A DNA stretch of 64,000 nt from Heteronotia binoei (Eukaryota), in the NCBI RefSeq assembly GCF_032191835.1, contig NC_083229.1:73470001-73534000 (forward strand), given 5' to 3'. Shown here piece by piece: positions 59,962 through 64,000 of this stretch. The position numbers and the translations under genes were made by a program. Under the pieces are notes generated by a model. That model was not told the origin of the DNA, ran no database searches, and saw only the letters and a program-made list of their open reading frames with translations. The stretch's first letter is position 1. Each line of letters starts with the position of its first letter.

Positions 59962-62953
59962 ATTTGCACACAAGACCCACTATTATCCCCAAAAACATTT
60001 TTCTTAAAGCAGAATAATAAAGTGCAAAAAATACATCCAAAGATAGTTTTAAAACTTCCTACACCTAACAAGTACCATCCATCTACCTTTTCTGTCTTCT
60101 GTACTGAGTATTGTGGCTGGGACTACATTACACATAGTTCCATGATTACTTTCCTAAATATTTTTAAACAAAGTGCCATTTTAAATGCAATGTAAGAAAG
60201 CAGACTGGTGTTGGGGAGAGATGATAGACGCTTTAATATCTTCCTATTTTCCATGCCAAAAATATTCTACCCAAGCTTATTTTACCCCCGTTAAGGAAAA
60301 CTTATTGATGCATATATTTTCCTCTAGTGTGGACAGAAGCAACCTGTTATGGCAAGTTTCAGCAGGAATATGACGTGAGGAGAATAGCTTCACTCCCCCT
60401 TTATAGCAGCCCCATATCTGCATAGGTGGGAGGAAAAGAATATTGGAGAAAATAATCACAGGATTACATATAAAGTTTGATTCTGCCTAATTGACAGATT
60501 GTGGTATTTTCTTCTGTAAAACATTTGTCCTACTGTATGATGATAGTAAGCATTGTATGCTGCTGCAAACATATTCTGTAGTCTTTGCTCAAGCAGTCCA
60601 TCTTTATTGTTCTTCCATCTAAAGTTCTCCCTGCAGCCCAAAAATGTGTGAACTACTGACCAGAAGCCTACTGTGCTTAGTTATTAATTCATTCCAAATG
60701 AAAAATAGTTTGCATTCAGAAAGAACATCTCACAAACAGCTGTTCTGCTGAAATTTATTGGCATATACAAATTTCTGAATAATTATAAGAAGCAAACTGG
60801 GGGCAAGGGGTAGAAATTATTTTAAAATTACAGGCAAGATTAAGAAGAAAATATGTCCCTGATAATTTAGCCCCTGTAAATAATGCCATCTACTCTGATG
60901 CCCTTTTTCTTTTTGGAGCAGAATTGAATGCAAGAGGAATGAATATTTGCATGTTTAATTTTTATTATTATTATTTTCAAGTTACTTATTCCCTTTGAGG
61001 AGAGCATAGTGTGCCTCTCCTTTCTGAAATATACTGTATATGTCCGTTGGTTTAAATATTTTATTTTTTTCCAAAACTTTGGATATATATCCAGATAATA
61101 AGCTACTCTGGTACCTTTCCAGAAGTTGTCCAGTGTCCATGTATTTTCCCCTCTATTTTTATTCACTGATTCTAATGATATGTTGCTGAAGAGCTAAAAT
61201 GTGTGAGCTGAACTTGCTGCAGTAATTACATATATTGTGAGGAAGAGGCATGGCAGGTGCTCACTGTATGTTTCTTCACACTATAACAGAAATGTGGACC
61301 CTGTATGTGTTTAGGATGAATTAGGTTATGTTTCTGGAGATGCAGGATGTGTTACATTTCTGAAAGGAGCAAATTAGATTGATGGCACAAATTTACCCAC
61401 TAAAGTACCTAACCCGTAAAAAGGATACTGTACTGTCACAGTAGTGTGGTGGCACTACTTGGTGCTTCACAGACGTGGAAAATTATATATTATTATGTTA
61501 CACCAGAAGATAGTGGAGCAGAGACAGGACCTGGGTCAGCTCACCTACCAGCCATCCTTTAAAAAAAAAAACACCAAGTTTGCATTGATACTAGGGAACA
61601 GAAAGTGTTTAGACCAGAGATCCTCTGCATGGCACCCACAGGCACCTTTCCTGGTACCCACCAAGTGTTTTTAGAAAGTGGGTGGGGCCAAGCAGGTGGC
61701 TATTGGAGATTTGATTGACTGTGCAGAATTTTTAATACATTGCTTTGGCAGCAGCTGCAGCTACAGTACTGGGATCTTCACTGTGTGACTGAAAGTGAGC
61801 TGCAGCAGCTATTTATTGGCTGGCTTCACCTCCAGTGACAGCCATTTTATAGTGGTGCCCACCATATTACTGATGCAATGAGATGGGCATTTTGGCCCAC
61901 CATAGCCATCCCCCCATCTCTGGATTTAATGGGCACAATCACACATGAACATCTGTCCCCCACAGCCCACTTGCACTTACCTCATGCTGTGGGACACCTC
62001 TATAATTCATTAAACAGATATCCTGATGGTGGAGGTGGTGAAGCACTTCCATGGTGTGTTTCTGGCTGTGTGATCAGACCAGGTGCACCATGGAAGCACA
62101 GAAGCGATGTGATTGCTCCTTTCTGTGCATGTGCAGCCAATCCTGACTTCATGGGACCGCATCTGTGTTGCCTGTGCCATCTTATCACCGTGGCACATAT
62201 CTAACAGGATCGACTTTTTAAAAGTCGAGAGACCACCACAGCAACCGGCTCATCTGATCTCACCCTATGTCAGAGTTCCAAAGTTGCTCTCATGCCCAAA
62301 GAGGCTGGGACCTCTGGTTCAGATGCAAGTTAATCTATGGTAGGAGATTATGAAAAAGTACCTAGGGAAGGGAAGTGGATATGAAAGAGCAGATGACAAA
62401 TAGCTCTTTTCCTCTGTAAGGAAAGGACTCTTTCCCTTTTGCCATGTGTGTTTGTGGTGGAAGAAATACATTATAATGCCTCATTATTGGTTGTTACTGA
62501 TGAGCAAAGAATTACATGTGCAATCCAAGCAATTGACCTTCCTACAAACTTTATGTCTGAGGAAACCATCTCTCTTCACTGAGAACAGATTTCTGGTCTG
62601 CTGGTTAAAGAGTAGAGATGCTCCTCTTGAATTTCTGAAGGAGTTTTCTCTGCACTTCTATTACACCATTATAATGGAATTGCAGAGTTGGGGGCATGAA
62701 AGGTAGGTTACCCAAGAAGCTGTCTGTGTTTGTCCTCTTTTTAATATGTCTTTCCATGTGTAATTTATTTATAGGACACCAATACCTTGGTCCTTGCACA
62801 TGTTTTTCAGATGTCAATTTTCTCTTTTTATTTATTGGTCCTTTCTCCTTTCATTTAACCCCACTAGTTTGTTTAATAAAGCTGAGAGTTCTGGCACAGA
62901 GCTTTATAAACACATGTTATTAGATTTTTAAACCTCTTTTGAAAGTGCCTCTA

Positions 62954-63269
62954 NNNNNNNNNNNNNNNNNNNNNNNNNNNNNNNNNNNNNNNNNNNNNNN
63001 NNNNNNNNNNNNNNNNNNNNNNNNNNNNNNNNNNNNNNNNNNNNNNNNNNNNNNNNNNNNNNNNNNNNNNNNNNNNNNNNNNNNNNNNNNNNNNNNNNNN
63101 NNNNNNNNNNNNNNNNNNNNNNNNNNNNNNNNNNNNNNNNNNNNNNNNNNNNNNNNNNNNNNNNNNNNNNNNNNNNNNNNNNNNNNNNNNNNNNNNNNNN
63201 NNNNNNNNNNNNNNNNNNNNNNNNNNNNNNNNNNNNNNNNNNNNNNNNNNNNNNNNNNNNNNNNNNNNN
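62954..63269. other. Assembly gap (316 N)
   Basis: N run. Confidence 1.
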
Positions 63270-63670
63270 ATGGCGTACAAACTTATTTTCAAATACCTTT
63301 TTTGAGGGGAAGAGAGGTACTTATCTGCAATGAAATGAAATGTAAAGATGAGGAAGACTAAAGCTTGTGTTAAAACAAATTGGCAAAATAGAGGACAGCA
63401 TGCAATTAATGAGTGTTGTTCTGCATCACTAGACAGAACATTGGCCCATATTTTGTATTATTTACACCTTTGAAGTTTTAGTGAATACTTTGATGCAGCA
63501 AGGATGAAATATGGGAGGCTCATTGGACTAAAAACTTTTTGTTCTTCAGAAATGTATCAAAATCCAAACAGCTCTTCTAGGTGTTCCCAAAGGCTTCACC
63601 AAGAGTTATTTGATCTCTGCCTCATGCCATAAGTGCCACATTCAGAACACTGCAGAGTCCCTGCTTTGGG

Positions 63671-63881
63671 TAGAGTTGCCAACCTCTAGATGGGATCTGG
63701 AGATCTCCCAGAATTGCAACTGAACTCCAGACAAGAGATCTTTCCCCCTGGAGAAAATGATTGCTTTGGATGATGGATCTTGTGGCATTCGGCTGAGGCC
63801 TCTCCCTTCCCCAAACCCTGCCCTTCTCTGACTACACCACAAAATCTCCAGAAATTTCTCAACCCGGAACTAGCAACCCTA
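63671..63881 (+). repeat. TAGGGTTGCC-family interspersed repeat
   Basis: TAGAGTTGCCAACC...TAGCAACCCTA. Homologous bodies at about 12050-12318 (-), 12930-13085 (-), and 13087-13300 plus 15947-16002 (+). Confidence 0.7.
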
Positions 63882-64000
63882 AGTTAGGGTCCTCTCTCAT
63901 TCTGAGATTAGATGGAGGGCCTTCCTGGTCATGGCATCAAAACTGTGAAACTTCAGGTACGTTCATCTGTCCCTTTCTGTTGCCATCTTCTGCCAGTGGG

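Noticed and set aside
62939-63361. ORFs spanning N runs (also 8985-9212)
   Set aside because: Artefacts of assembly gaps.
31515-64000. Next KLHL14 exon (MPYNSAHHCVVEV...) and the preceding large exon
   Set aside because: I could not find either by eye. They probably lie outside the window, or in a gap.

Overview
Vertebrate genomic DNA, almost certainly from a squamate and probably a gecko. This is inferred from Sauria and Squam3-type SINEs and gecko-type MITE families. The scaffold has three N-gaps. The only host-gene piece I can support is one 122-nt internal coding exon of KLHL14 on the + strand (31393-31514), so the window is mostly the two long flanking introns filled with transposable elements. 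Four elements stand out. (1) A TSD-flanked, 3'-truncated APE-type LINE (RTE-X-like, 25613-28148) has three open frames linked by what look like two recoding signals: a phased C_CCA_AAG slippery site followed by a hairpin, then an in-frame UGA-C stop with no ATG before the endonuclease. Its ORF1 also carries a canonical PCNA-binding PIP box. (2) A full-length L1 (35661-41065, minus) has a 15-bp TSD and is one nonsense codon away from intact. (3) A 2.6-kb non-coding L1-dependent element contains an internal triplication. (4) A long-TIR Mutator/foldback-like element carries nested cargo, including a hammerhead-like Penelope motif. Also present are a young RTE-clade LINE, scrambled DIRS fragments, and many SINEs and MITEs. 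I found no rRNA, true tRNA or CRISPR features. All element family names come from recognition, not database searches.
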